Shown here piece by piece: positions 40,524-50,656 of a stretch of DNA of 64,000 nucleotides (its first letter is position 1; the number at the start of each line of letters is the position of its first letter). The position numbers and the translations under genes are program-made. Origin of the DNA: an uncultured virus (IMG/VR IMGVR_UViG_2731957969_000006). Taxonomy: Duplodnaviria > Heunggongvirae > Uroviricota > Caudoviricetes. The notes beneath the pieces are model-generated. The model ran no database searches, was not told where the DNA came from, and worked only from the letters and a program-made list of their open reading frames with translations. The stretch lies in the IMG/VR virus record IMGVR_UViG_2731957969_000006. One strand, given 5' to 3'.

Positions 40524-41276
40524 TCATTCAGGAATAATGGAATGCAATTCGTAACTCACCGGGATTTCATAGTGTTTCAATAGTTCTCCAATGTTAATTC
40601 CTACTACCTTACGAACTGCACCGAGGGAGAAGTTAAGCTCATCAATGCCCGGCCAATCTGGAGTTGAATTCATATAGTGTCGGCATGCACGAACAATTGA
40701 CTCGACGATCAACGATAGCGGAGACTCGGGTGCAATCTCAGAGCGAATCGCCGTAAGAGAGAGTCGGAGCTCCTTCAAAGACTCCAATACTCGAACTGGA
40801 TCCTCTTGAGCATATGGCATATAGAGAGAACTCTTGTCTTCCAATAAATAGAGCACACGTAGAGCAATTTTCTCATCTGGGCGATGCGATAGAAATTGAA
40901 ACATTAGCCTCTTTCCTCCCTCTAAGCACTCCTTCATTAGTGATTCGTGGTCACGTTTCCATTTTCGCAAATGCTCAGCGGGGTAGCCCATACCACCATT
41001 CTTATCAACTAAATCAGCACAAGCTCCGCACAACCATATAGCATTTTTTATGCTCTTCCGCTCTGTTTCTGATTGAGACATATCATAGCGCGGTCCGCCA
41101 GGGCTTGCCGCGCAGATATGCGCGGCCTCACCCGTCTTGATAGAAAGATTTTCTGCTGATTGATCTGGGCCAATAGTTACCCTATGACAAGAGGGATTAC
41201 TACAAATATATGCAGCGCGCTCAGCTACCTTGCTTACAACGCTTGGGGGGAAGTTATGCCTATTTGTCTTGGCCAT
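40524..41276 (-). CDS. HNH-like endonuclease with C-terminal helical domain, candidate defence gene
   Basis: CSNPSC..GEAAHI..GPRYD..NAIWLCGAC; start refined to MAKTNRH. Confidence 0.75.
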   Translation of the reverse strand: MAKTNRHNFPPSVVSKVAERAAYICSNPSCHRVTIGPDQSAENLSIKTGEAAHICAASPGGPRYDMSQSETERKSIKNAIWLCGACADLVDKNGGMGYPAEHLRKWKRDHESLMKECLEGGKRLMFQFLSHRPDEKIALRVLYLLEDKSSLYMPYAQEDPVRVLESLKELRLSLTAIRSEIAPESPLSLIVESIVRACRHYMNSTPDWPGIDELNFSLGAVRKVVGINIGELLKHYEIPVSYELHSIIPE

Positions 41277-41632
41277 AAAGGTTGTGCTTCTTTGTTTTTT
41301 CATATAAATGGGGAGAATAAATTCTAACTTATTATATCTATTCCTAGGTCTGATCAGAAACATATTGATCAATAAACCAAGATATTAGGCAAAAAATCAT
41401 CATATTTGAGACCAAGATCAACTTCCGCTTCTCGCTCAGAGCAGACCTAAAATCGTTCTGAGTGATGAGTGCCAAAAGATGATATTGCTAACACCGTCAT
41501 GTGTTGATTAAAAAGGAAAGTGCCAATGCTTTGAAGAAAGTACAAGAAGACAATTTAATGGGGTAGACCAGCAAACTAATAACCAATTATCGATTGCTGA
41601 TCTTACAGAAGCTCACTAAAAGAGTTTGAGTG

Positions 41633-42037
41633 CTAGCGTTGTACAATCCGACCGTTGGAATCCAACCACATTCCATCAGACAAATACACCATTTCCCCAG
41701 AATCATTTGTTACCTGTAGGTCATGGTAAATTGAAGTAAGTTCGTTTTCGGGCGAAGGCGCAATATCGTCGTTTCCAAAAATCATATCTTGGTATTGCGA
41801 CCAGTTTTGGCGAATTTCGAAATACATATCAACATCATAATCCTGCATTCTTAGTTCATCATCTGAAGTTATATTCAACGTCTTTTTGAGACCGATAATA
41901 TTAAAAATCCATTTCTTACCACTTTTAATGAAGTATGCTCCCGTGTAAGCCTCTTGGTCTGGTACTGCCTCATAACCTAAACTCAAAGCTAACTGTATCT
42001 GTTCTGCCAATGTAAAGGGTTTTTTCCATCCATCCAT
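41633..42037 (-). CDS. Hypothetical protein with an (ATGG)5 tract at its start
   Basis: 134-aa ORF; C-terminal YLSDGMWL. Confidence 0.65.
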   Translation of the reverse strand: MDGWKKPFTLAEQIQLALSLGYEAVPDQEAYTGAYFIKSGKKWIFNIIGLKKTLNITSDDELRMQDYDVDMYFEIRQNWSQYQDMIFGNDDIAPSPENELTSIYHDLQVTNDSGEMVYLSDGMWLDSNGRIVQR

Positions 42038-42045
42038 CCATCCAT
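42026..42045 (-). repeat. Tetranucleotide repeat (ATGG)5
   Basis: CCAT x5 on the + strand. Confidence 0.9.
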
Positions 42046-42527
42046 ACTTGTTTACCTGTTTACTGTACGAAAACGATATAATAAAGCATTATTGATAACC
42101 ATGACCTAAGTAAACTTAACTAAATATGTATTATAAGGTCACTTATTCCCAGAATAAGATCCACTCCTTTCTCAAAGCTGATAATCAGATTTAATCTATT
42201 GCATAATAAATTGTTATTTTGTTTTTTAAATATTCACTACATTAGTATAGTGAAAAATATTCAAATTAAATAAAAATCCCTAATTTATTTTCAGTGTGAA
42301 TTATTTTAATTAAATTTTCACTTTCTATTATTTAATATAAATCATAGGGTTGAATGCTTGATATCAAGCTTGATAAGCTCTCAATCATTTAAAGTATCTT
42401 CCCCAAAACCACCTCAACCCAAACTAAAAATCAACCAGTTACATACAAACCAAGATCACACAAAAAATAAATCATCTCCTCAATAATTATAATTTATTTA
42501 ATAAGTTACTTAATTATTATGGGTATA

Positions 42528-42692
42528 ATGTTACGCCATATGGGTTGGACAGAAGCCGCTGACTTAATCATTAAAGCTATGGAAGGCGCAATCGAAGCGA
42601 AGACTGTTACTTATGATTTCGAACGTCTAATGGACGGCGCTAACCTGCTGAAATATAGCGAGTTTGGTGACGCAATTATCAAACCTATATAA
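42528..42692 (+). pseudogene. icd: Second, more decayed icd 3' end (att)
   Basis: Same 54 codons as 39619, with G>A, K>N, C>Y and HM>PI changes. Confidence 0.92.
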
Positions 42693-42989
42693 TTGTTGAT
42701 TTGATAAATAGTTAGCGGGAGCTTATTAGTTACCGTTTTTTATTAATGATTTTTTTACAATAATAAATAACATACTCATATAGAGAATTGTATTTAAATA
42801 GCCAAAGTTAGCAAAAGTGAATCAAGCTCAACAGACATTAAGCTAAATATAAAATATGAGTGAATAAACAATAAGGTATTTATTTTGGTGAAAAATATAA
42901 CAGAAAATAATCTGCAAATGGCATGATAAAGAAGCCGAAGTTTATCAATTGCAGATTATCTGATGCTTAAAAATATAACCAAATAAAAA

Positions 42990-44117
42990 TTAACAGGTAA
43001 TGGTTACCCACTCTTTTCCACGAGTATTGTTATAACGATCGGTTTGTAAACGTGTGGTATGGCCTAATAAGGCTTGGGTATCAATACCTTGTTTTCGGTA
43101 TAAACGTTCAGATAAAGAACGTTGCTCATGAAATGTTGCAGGTGTTCCTTCTCCCCAATCAATATCCGTTTTATTTCTCGCCTTTTTAAAATTAGTCGTT
43201 AACGTATTTGCAGTAACTTGTTCGCCACGTTTAGATTGTGAAGTAGTTCGATGATAATGAACTAAATAATGGCTTACAATACGATCACGACATCGTTCAA
43301 TAACTTCTTTAAGAGATACATTAATAGCTTGATTACGTAAAGAAAGTGGTATTGCTACTTTTGATCCTGTTTTACTTTGTATGATGTGCAAATGATCATC
43401 CCAAATATCTTGAAAACGCATACGTGAGATATCACTAACTCGCTGACCCGTCACAATGGCAAGTAGCATTGCATTTCCCATATAACGATGTTGTTTATCG
43501 GCAATATCATAAATTTTATGCCATTCATCTAGAGTGAGTCTTTGGCGCCTGATCCGTGTTCTTGGTCTTTTCGTTGCCAGAGCAGGGTTATATCCGGGAG
43601 GAACTTCTCCAGCATGTTGCGCTTCTTTAAAAATATCACTAAAAACCGATCTTACAACTTGAGCCATACGCATTTGACCTATTGCTTTGTATTCATCAAT
43701 AATACTGACTAGATCTCGAGTACCTATATTTGCTAATGGATATAAAGCCAATTTTTGACGCATCAGATCTATAGGTTTTTTCTTTTGTTTATATGTAGCA
43801 AGTTTTATCTCACCTTGTGATAAACGTTCTTTTTGAATATTCCAATAGCGATCTAACCATGTAGAAACAGAGATAGATTGATCCTTCATAGTAGCAACTC
43901 TATCACCAATGATTAAAATTTGGCGTGTTCTTTGTTCTGCTATACGGTTATTGGCTTCAAGAGCTATCTGTTTAGCTTGTGCTTCATCATCTCCTAATGA
44001 ATGAAATTTTCCTGAAATTGGGTGACGGTATCGCCAATATATCTTTTTCATCCTTGGATGATATATTGAATATAAATTGGGTATATCAATATTCTTTTTA
44101 CGAAGTCGTCCGCTCAT
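42990..44117 (-). CDS. int: Lambda-family integrase, paralogue of 1..1134
   Basis: TGQR, HEQR, LLGH and Tyr intact. Confidence 0.95.
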   Translation of the reverse strand: MSGRLRKKNIDIPNLYSIYHPRMKKIYWRYRHPISGKFHSLGDDEAQAKQIALEANNRIAEQRTRQILIIGDRVATMKDQSISVSTWLDRYWNIQKERLSQGEIKLATYKQKKKPIDLMRQKLALYPLANIGTRDLVSIIDEYKAIGQMRMAQVVRSVFSDIFKEAQHAGEVPPGYNPALATKRPRTRIRRQRLTLDEWHKIYDIADKQHRYMGNAMLLAIVTGQRVSDISRMRFQDIWDDHLHIIQSKTGSKVAIPLSLRNQAINVSLKEVIERCRDRIVSHYLVHYHRTTSQSKRGEQVTANTLTTNFKKARNKTDIDWGEGTPATFHEQRSLSERLYRKQGIDTQALLGHTTRLQTDRYNNTRGKEWVTITC

Positions 44118-44340
44118 CTTTTAATATTTTCCTTAATATAGGGTCATCGAATGTTTTGATGGAAGGAGTGGCAACTATACCAACTAAATCAGCATCTTCT
44201 TTGACTCGCCATAATCGGCCCTCTTTCCTTGCAGGGGGACAAAAATAACCTAATCGTGCATATTTATTTAATGTTGTTAGAGAAGGTGGGTGACTTTTAT
44301 ATCGTTTATCCGACCATTCTTTTAATGTTAATACTTTCAT
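44098..44340 (-). CDS. xis: Excisionase
   Basis: TLKEW..PPARKEGRLWRV; overlaps int. Confidence 0.85.
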   Translation of the reverse strand: MKVLTLKEWSDKRYKSHPPSLTTLNKYARLGYFCPPARKEGRLWRVKEDADLVGIVATPSIKTFDDPILRKILKDERTTS

Positions 44341-44596
44341 AATACATCCTTGCATAATAAAAATTAGTTAATAAGTATTAATTTACATTTAAATAAAAAA
44401 TAATGAAATTTATTTGATAGCTAATAAATAGCATTATTTTCTATCGAATATATATTTTCTTTTGCATTGTTAATAAGAGAGATGTTTGTTAATAGATAAT
44501 TATTGTACCTGATGTTTATATTATTACAATAACCATGTAATGGGAAGTACATATTGAGCTGAAATGAGCCAGCTCAATAAACTAAAATAAAGAAGA

Positions 44597-45256
44597 TTAG
44601 AGAGTCTGAATAATTTGTATTACATAACCAATAATTTGATAATCATCAGTAAATAATATTGGGGTAAAGGCTGTGTTTAATGAGATTAAATAAAATTGTG
44701 GTGGTTCATGGATAAACTTTTTAATAACGATGTCATTAGTAATAATATTTTTAGCGATAATTATTTTTCCATATAACTCTATCTTATTCTTGAATGATGG
44801 TTCGATAATAACGGTTGAACCTTTAGGGATTGAAGGAAGTGAATAGGGGTTTGTCATAGATTCGCCTTGGTAAATTAACCCATATGCTTGTTCAGATACG
44901 GGTACTGTTGCACAGCACCAATGCTGAATATCGCTTAATCTTAATGTATCGTAACGTGCTTTCCAATCAGCTGCTTGTTCAAGTGTGATAATGGGTATTT
45001 TCTTAATATTCACTGTCTTGCGAGTTATAATTAATGCATCTGCTTCTGATGAGTTCCCCCCGTAAAGTAACCATTCTGGAGAGACTTCAAGGACTTTGGC
45101 TAATGCCTGTAAATTTTCTCCATCCGGCTCTGTAACTCGTGTTTCCCACTTTGTAATAGAAACTCGGCTTACACTTAACATCTTTGCTAGAGCTTCTTGT
45201 GTTAATGACAATTGTAAACGGCGTTCTTTAATTCTTATGTGCATTTTATTTCTCAT
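44597..45256 (-). CDS. CI/LexA-type repressor with S24 domain
   Basis: LTQEALAKMLSVSRVSITKWE HTH; GESM and IKK catalytic motifs. Confidence 0.9.
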   Translation of the reverse strand: MRNKMHIRIKERRLQLSLTQEALAKMLSVSRVSITKWETRVTEPDGENLQALAKVLEVSPEWLLYGGNSSEADALIITRKTVNIKKIPIITLEQAADWKARYDTLRLSDIQHWCCATVPVSEQAYGLIYQGESMTNPYSLPSIPKGSTVIIEPSFKNKIELYGKIIIAKNIITNDIVIKKFIHEPPQFYLISLNTAFTPILFTDDYQIIGYVIQIIQTL

Positions 45257-45572
45257 GTAATTTATATTTCCTTTTTTTAGGTAAAAAGTATTTGCGTACT
45301 CTTTGTCTATTTGTTAATTTTAATTACCCAAACGGATAACTTATTAATTTAAGTGATATGCATATAATATAAATTAATTATATTAATTCGAATGACGATA
45401 GTTTTAGCATTAATAAAATGCTTACTATTTTAGTCATGATTAAATTTAATAAAATAGAATATTTTACAAAACACTAACGGAATTACCATCTTTTGTTATT
45501 TTTTCAATTAAATTATTTTTAATTTAATGCTTTTGGCATTTAGAAAGAATAAAGAGAAAAGGAGTTCAGCAT

Positions 45573-46646
45573 ATGAAATCATTAATTATAAAATCTCGAC
45601 CTCAGATAGTGATACCAGAATTAGCTGTCAAAATTGGATTGCATGAAGCTTTAGTATTGCAACAATTGCACTATTGGATAACAGAAACTAAGTCTGGTAT
45701 TGAACATGATGGGCGACGATGGATTTACAATACACTATCTAATTGGCAATTACAGTTTCCATACTTATCAGTATCAACGCTCAAACGGGCATTTGCTCAG
45801 TTACGTATTTCTGGCTTGATTGAGGTAAAACAACTCAATAAACATCTTCATGATCGTACAAATTTTTATAGTATCAATTATCAACATAAGATCTTGCAAA
45901 TAGAAGAAGATGAAAAGAAAAGTTTGAATGAAGGTAATTATGCCAATAAAACAACAATAAAACCGTTCGATGAGCCCAAATCGAAACAATGGACAGGTGT
46001 AACAAATCTATCTCAGAGTAGTTCAAATAGAGCCCTTCTTACAGAGAGTACAACAAAGATAACTACAGAGAGTAACAATAAAAGATCTCGGTCAGTTTGC
46101 TCGTTTTCAAGTCCTGAACGTCCAGAAATAGAAATTATCCGTTATTTTAACAAAGTGACTCACTCCCATTACCGTGAGTGTCAGACGACGTTAGGATATA
46201 TCCGTGCAAGATTAGCTGATGGTTTTCATTTCGAAGAATTGATATTAATAATCGATTATTTAACAGCTAAATGGCTCAATGATAATAAGATGCAGGACTA
46301 TTTAAGGCCTAAAACATTATTTCATAAAAATAATTGTACTGAATATCTTGATAAAGCGAAGAAATGGCATTTAAAAGGGAGGCCAGCATATCGAAATGGG
46401 CAATGTTTAAAACCCGGGGAAATACCGATTGAAATTGATTATGCAGAAAGAGACAGTACGTTTAATTTACTATTTAGCTCAGCGTGGAAGCCCAAAACAG
46501 CACTTCAAATTCTAGCTAAAAAAATGGCTTTACAGCGTGGTTTAGGGCATATGCATATTCACAAGGCTAGGTCTGTTTGGAAAGAAATTTGGTATCAGTC
46601 GGCCCAATTAATTGCTCGTTCAACAATTACAGATAAGATCGCATAA
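45573..46646 (+). CDS. Phage replication initiator
   Basis: LQQLHYW..WIYNT wHTH; YLRPKTLF conserved C-terminal domain. Confidence 0.85.
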   Translation: MKSLIIKSRPQIVIPELAVKIGLHEALVLQQLHYWITETKSGIEHDGRRWIYNTLSNWQLQFPYLSVSTLKRAFAQLRISGLIEVKQLNKHLHDRTNFYSINYQHKILQIEEDEKKSLNEGNYANKTTIKPFDEPKSKQWTGVTNLSQSSSNRALLTESTTKITTESNNKRSRSVCSFSSPERPEIEIIRYFNKVTHSHYRECQTTLGYIRARLADGFHFEELILIIDYLTAKWLNDNKMQDYLRPKTLFHKNNCTEYLDKAKKWHLKGRPAYRNGQCLKPGEIPIEIDYAERDSTFNLLFSSAWKPKTALQILAKKMALQRGLGHMHIHKARSVWKEIWYQSAQLIARSTITDKIA

Positions 46647-46658
46647 GGTAGTGGTGAT

Positions 46659-47057
46659 ATGAGAGATATACAACAAGTATTAGAACGATGGGGAGCTTGG
46701 GCCTCGGATGTACAAAGTGGAGTAGATTATTCTCATATTGCAGCAGGTTTTAAGGGTGTTTTACCTTATCAATCATCTTCAAGGATAAGTTGTTGTGATG
46801 ATGATGGTATGATTATTGACGCTACAATAGCGCGATTACAACAATTGAGAAGAGAAGAAGAATTGAATGCGCTTATTTTACATTATATATATCAGTGCTC
46901 TAAAAGAAGCATTGCAAGACGTTGGAAGGTGAGTGAAAGCCGTGTACGTCAGATTATACAGATTGCAGAAGGTTTTGTAGAAGGTGGTTTGGCGATGTTA
47001 GATTCAGGATTAGTCATGGATCATGAAGTTGCTTGTAATAAAAAACAGGTTAAATAA
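46659..47057 (+). CDS. Antiterminator Q (phage 21/933W type)
   Basis: MRDIQQVLERWGAW..IAAGFKG..CCDDDG. Confidence 0.9.
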   Translation: MRDIQQVLERWGAWASDVQSGVDYSHIAAGFKGVLPYQSSSRISCCDDDGMIIDATIARLQQLRREEELNALILHYIYQCSKRSIARRWKVSESRVRQIIQIAEGFVEGGLAMLDSGLVMDHEVACNKKQVK

Positions 47058-47278
47058 AAAAGTATTAACGCGCTACGCAAATTAACTGTTATTCTAATAA
47101 AAATAAAGATATTTTTCTGGGTTATATATATTGTAAAAATATAACCTTAAGTGATTAAATATAAAATTTTATATAAATTAATATTTTTATTGCTAACCTT
47201 GTTAAGTAATGCTTAATTTTAAATTTTCTAATTTTTATGATATAAACTTATGCAGTCATCTTAAATGTTAGAGTTATT

Positions 47279-47539
47279 ATGGTACCTAAAAGATTAAAGG
47301 CTGCAAGGGCAAGAGTTGCATTAACTCAAGAAGAGTTAGGTATTTTAGCTGGGATTGATGAAGAATCAGCTAAAATTAGAGTGTGTCAATATGAGTCTGG
47401 TACACACCGCCCAAACTTTGAAACTATTTGCCGATTTTCCAAAATATTAAAAGTTCCAGAAAATTATTTTTATACTTTAAATGATGAGTTCGCTGAAGAG
47501 TTAATAAATATTTATAATAATAAATATAATTGCTCTTAA
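47279..47539 (+). CDS. XRE-family HTH regulator
   Basis: RLKAAR..TQEELG..QYESG.H.P; palindrome TTAAGTAATGCTTAA at 47202. Confidence 0.88.
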   Translation: MVPKRLKAARARVALTQEELGILAGIDEESAKIRVCQYESGTHRPNFETICRFSKILKVPENYFYTLNDEFAEELINIYNNKYNCS

Positions 47540-47693
47540 ATATTATCTAGAGATATTATACATGTTTTGTTACTTTGTTATATAAAGTAAAGCGATTATA
47601 TGAATAATTTAAACTTATTATGTGCCATTTCAAATAGGAGGTAAATATTTTATAAATACACTATTGTTTTTAATATAATACTAAAGTCTAATT

Positions 47694-47951
47694 ATGGTTC
47701 CTTTTAGGTTAAGATATGCCCGTAAAATGGCAAAATTAACTCAGACAAGATTAGGTACTCTGGCCGGAATGGATGTAGCTAGTGCTCGTTCAAGAATTTC
47801 GCAATACGAGTCTGGACTACATAAACCAAGTTTCGAAGTTGTGTGTAAATTAGCCAAAATACTTAACTTGCCTGAATGTTATTTTTATACCGTTAATGAT
47901 TATTTAGCGGAAGATATAATGAAATTATATCGTGAAAAATATAATAAGTAA
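47694..47951 (+). CDS. XRE-family HTH regulator (tandem paralogue)
   Basis: TQTRLG..ARSRISQYESG..ECYFY. Confidence 0.88.
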   Translation: MVPFRLRYARKMAKLTQTRLGTLAGMDVASARSRISQYESGLHKPSFEVVCKLAKILNLPECYFYTVNDYLAEDIMKLYREKYNK

Positions 47952-47956
47952 TAAGC

Positions 47957-48228
47957 TTATAATTCATCTTTATTATTTATCTTTTTATGTCTTAATTTAC
48001 GAATAATTTGATTTCCTTTTTCATCAAAGTACCGTTCAGGCCATATTGTTGATGGAGGTATATCAAGTTCTTTAGCAATAATTTGCTCTCCTTTTGGCCA
48101 TGGACGGGACAACGCGTTAGATAGAGTCGATGAGCTTAAACCTGCAGCTCTGGAAACTTCTGCTAGTGTTGTCCCTTTTTCTTTAAAGAAGCAATAATAT
48201 CAGCCGGATGCCAGTTTTTATTAATCAT
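47957..48228 (-). CDS. Ner/Nlp(SfsB)-like DNA-binding protein, 1-bp deletion near 48176-48180 (not in ORF track)
   Basis: WHPADIIASLKK / TTLAEVSRAAGLSSSTLSNALSRPWPKGEQIIA..IWPERY after one A is added. Confidence 0.85.
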
Positions 48229-48534
48229 AAGATATCCATATAGGTTGGTTTAAAGTATATTGATGAAAGTAAAATGTTAATATATCGGTTAACATTTTTC
48301 ATTTTAAATAATTGTTATATTTTTTTAAATGAAGTAATTCCTATTTTTAAATGTAACCGGTTAGTATTTCCATTTATAAAATATATTAAATATATAAATT
48401 AATATTTTTATTTTTACAATTATCAGCAGGGTTATTTATTTAAAAATAATCTGACAAAAAAGACTTGCTGTTTATATGATGACGAGTTACACCTTTATAT
48501 ATATTCATATTTCTACACTAAAGGGTAAAATGTC

Positions 48535-48741
48535 ATGATAAAACAGAACGATATGACAATTCAGGCGTATAATATATTAGAAATGATATCCCAATATACG
48601 GGGAATAATATAATAGAAATCGTTACTAAAACACAACTAAGTTATGAAAGTTGTGAGTTTTTACTTACACAATTAGAGATGGCGGGTTTTATTTTAAAGC
48701 ATGGCGAGTTTTATAAAAGAACAACTAAGAGGGTTAATTAA
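48535..48741 (+). CDS. Small winged-helix phage protein, homologue of 13117
   Basis: MIKQNDMT..LTQLEMAG. Confidence 0.7.
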   Translation: MIKQNDMTIQAYNILEMISQYTGNNIIEIVTKTQLSYESCEFLLTQLEMAGFILKHGEFYKRTTKRVN

Positions 48742-49042
48742 TTATTGCATAACATCAAAAAAAGATTGATGGTAATTTTTCCGACATAAAAGATAAGGTA
48801 TATGTGATGAGATAGTGAAGAGAATAGTTACATCTGCTAGATGAAATGGTAGTGGATTTTTTATGGTGAAAATATTACTGTTGCTGAGGTTTACGAAGAT
48901 AGGGTTAAGATTGAAAAAATGCTTAATAGATAGTTATATAAAATAAATAGGCCAATTTACCCTCTACTTTTTATATTAATGAAAGTTAAAGGCTAGGGAC
49001 TAATAGTTTCTGGCTTTTTTATTATTTAGATAAAGGATATTG

Positions 49043-50064
49043 ATGCAATTATACAATAATGATGCATTAGCTATATTAAAAACATTACCTGACAATTATA
49101 TTGATTTAATCGCCACGGATCCACCGTATTTCAGAGTGAAATCGTGCGCGTGGGATAATCAGTGGGATAATGTTGAGGCATATCTGTCTTGGCTTGATGA
49201 GGTATTAGCTGAATTCTGGCGGGTATTAAAACCCAATGGCAGTTTATATTTATTCTGTGGTTCTAAATTGGCATCAGATACTGAACTGCTTGTTCGCGGG
49301 CGATTTAATGTATTAAGCCATATTATTTGGGCTAAACCATCTGGGCCATGGAAAAAACAAAATAAGGAAAGCCTACGCACCTTTTTCCCTTCAACAGAGC
49401 GGATACTCTTTGCTGAACATTATCAAAAGCCAATCACCGCTAAAGGTTCTGAATTTTCTTTAAAATGCCAGGAGTTAAAGCAAAACGTATTTAAGCCCCT
49501 GATTGATTATTTTAGAAATGCTCGTTTAGCACTACAGGTGAGTTCTAAGGAGATAAATCAAGCAACAGATAAGCAAATGTTCAGTCATTGGTTCAGCAAT
49601 AGTCAGTGGCAATTACCTAGCGAGGAAGACTACAAAAAGTTACAAACACTGTTTACACACATTGCTGATAAACAAGAAAAGTTATCGCCGTTATCCCGCC
49701 AGTTTACCGAATTAGAGCGCGAGCAGGTTACATTACAAAAAGACTATCAAGAATTAATAAAAGAATATGGTTTATTAAGACGACCATTCTTTGTAACTGT
49801 AGATGTACCTTACACCGATGTGTGGGATTATCCACCTGTTCAGTATTATCCCGGTAAACACCCTTGTGAGAAACATCAGCCATGATGGAACACATTATTC
49901 GCTCTAGCAGTCGAGAGGGTGACTTAGTAGCCGATTTCTTTATGGGATCAGGAGCAACACTGAAAGCAGCACTAAAACTTAATCGAAAGGTATTAGGTGT
50001 GGAGCTTGAGAAAGAGCGTTTTGAGCAAACCGAACAAGAAATAAAAGCATCAATTCGTAAGTAA
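49043..50064 (+). CDS. DNA methyltransferase, near-identical to 13382; 1-bp deletion at 49874
   Basis: GAGAAACATCAG versus GAGAAACCATCGG in copy 1. Confidence 0.88.
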
Positions 50065-50184
50065 GTCTTACAGGTTCAACTATCCGGGATTTCCGGATAA
50101 TTCCTTGATATGTGATATAATGGTAAGAAATATTTAACTATTTAATATATTGTCTCTTTGTGTATTCAACAGTAGGAGATATTT

Positions 50185-50394
50185 ATGAATTATTATTATG
50201 TTCACAAATACACAGATAATCATGGTGATTATGAGGTGCATAAGGAAGGCTGCAATCATATGCCTGATTTATTAAATAGAGAGTATTTAGGCATATTTTC
50301 TAATTGTGCTCAGGCAGTTGCTAAAGCAAAAATTAATGGTTACAGAACTGCTGATGGTTGTTATTGGTGTTGTAGAGAGTGTCATACATCATAA
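50185..50394 (+). CDS. Small Cys/His-rich protein (putative Zn-binding) moron
   Basis: EVHKEGC..GCYWCCRECH; AGGAG SD; TGnTATAAT near 50113; terminator 50418-50442. Confidence 0.75.
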   Translation: MNYYYVHKYTDNHGDYEVHKEGCNHMPDLLNREYLGIFSNCAQAVAKAKINGYRTADGCYWCCRECHTS

Positions 50395-50614
50395 ATAAAA
50401 AATTTGTGAATTAATTAAAGATCGCCTAGGCGGTCTTTTTTATTATCTAAAATAAGGAATAAATTTATGTACGCACTTCAACAGTAATAGGTGATACGGC
50501 TAGAGTTATCTCCAGAGGTAAATTAGTTTATCAATAAATCGATTAGTATGATTTTTTCGTATAAGAGAAGTAGTTATGGATAATGAAAATATTCAAGAAA
50601 TTAAAAATAGTGAT

Positions 50615-50640
50615 GAAAAAGGCTACCAAGGTAGCCTTTA
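50615..50640 (-). terminator. Rho-independent terminator of the 50935 gene
   Basis: AAAGGCTAC-CTTG-GTAGCCTTTTT on the minus strand. Confidence 0.8.
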
Positions 50641-50656
50641 GTAGGAAGTTTTCTGT

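Larger units (their letters stand above)
39784..42527. mobile_element. Collapsed prophage remnant / cargo islet between two icd copies
   Basis: Arm sites abut a tail-gene fragment; no integrase; two cargo genes. Confidence 0.7.

Noticed and set aside
39619..42692. icd fragments as functional small genes
   Set aside because: They are the C-terminal 54 codons duplicated by integration and have no SD; the second copy is decaying
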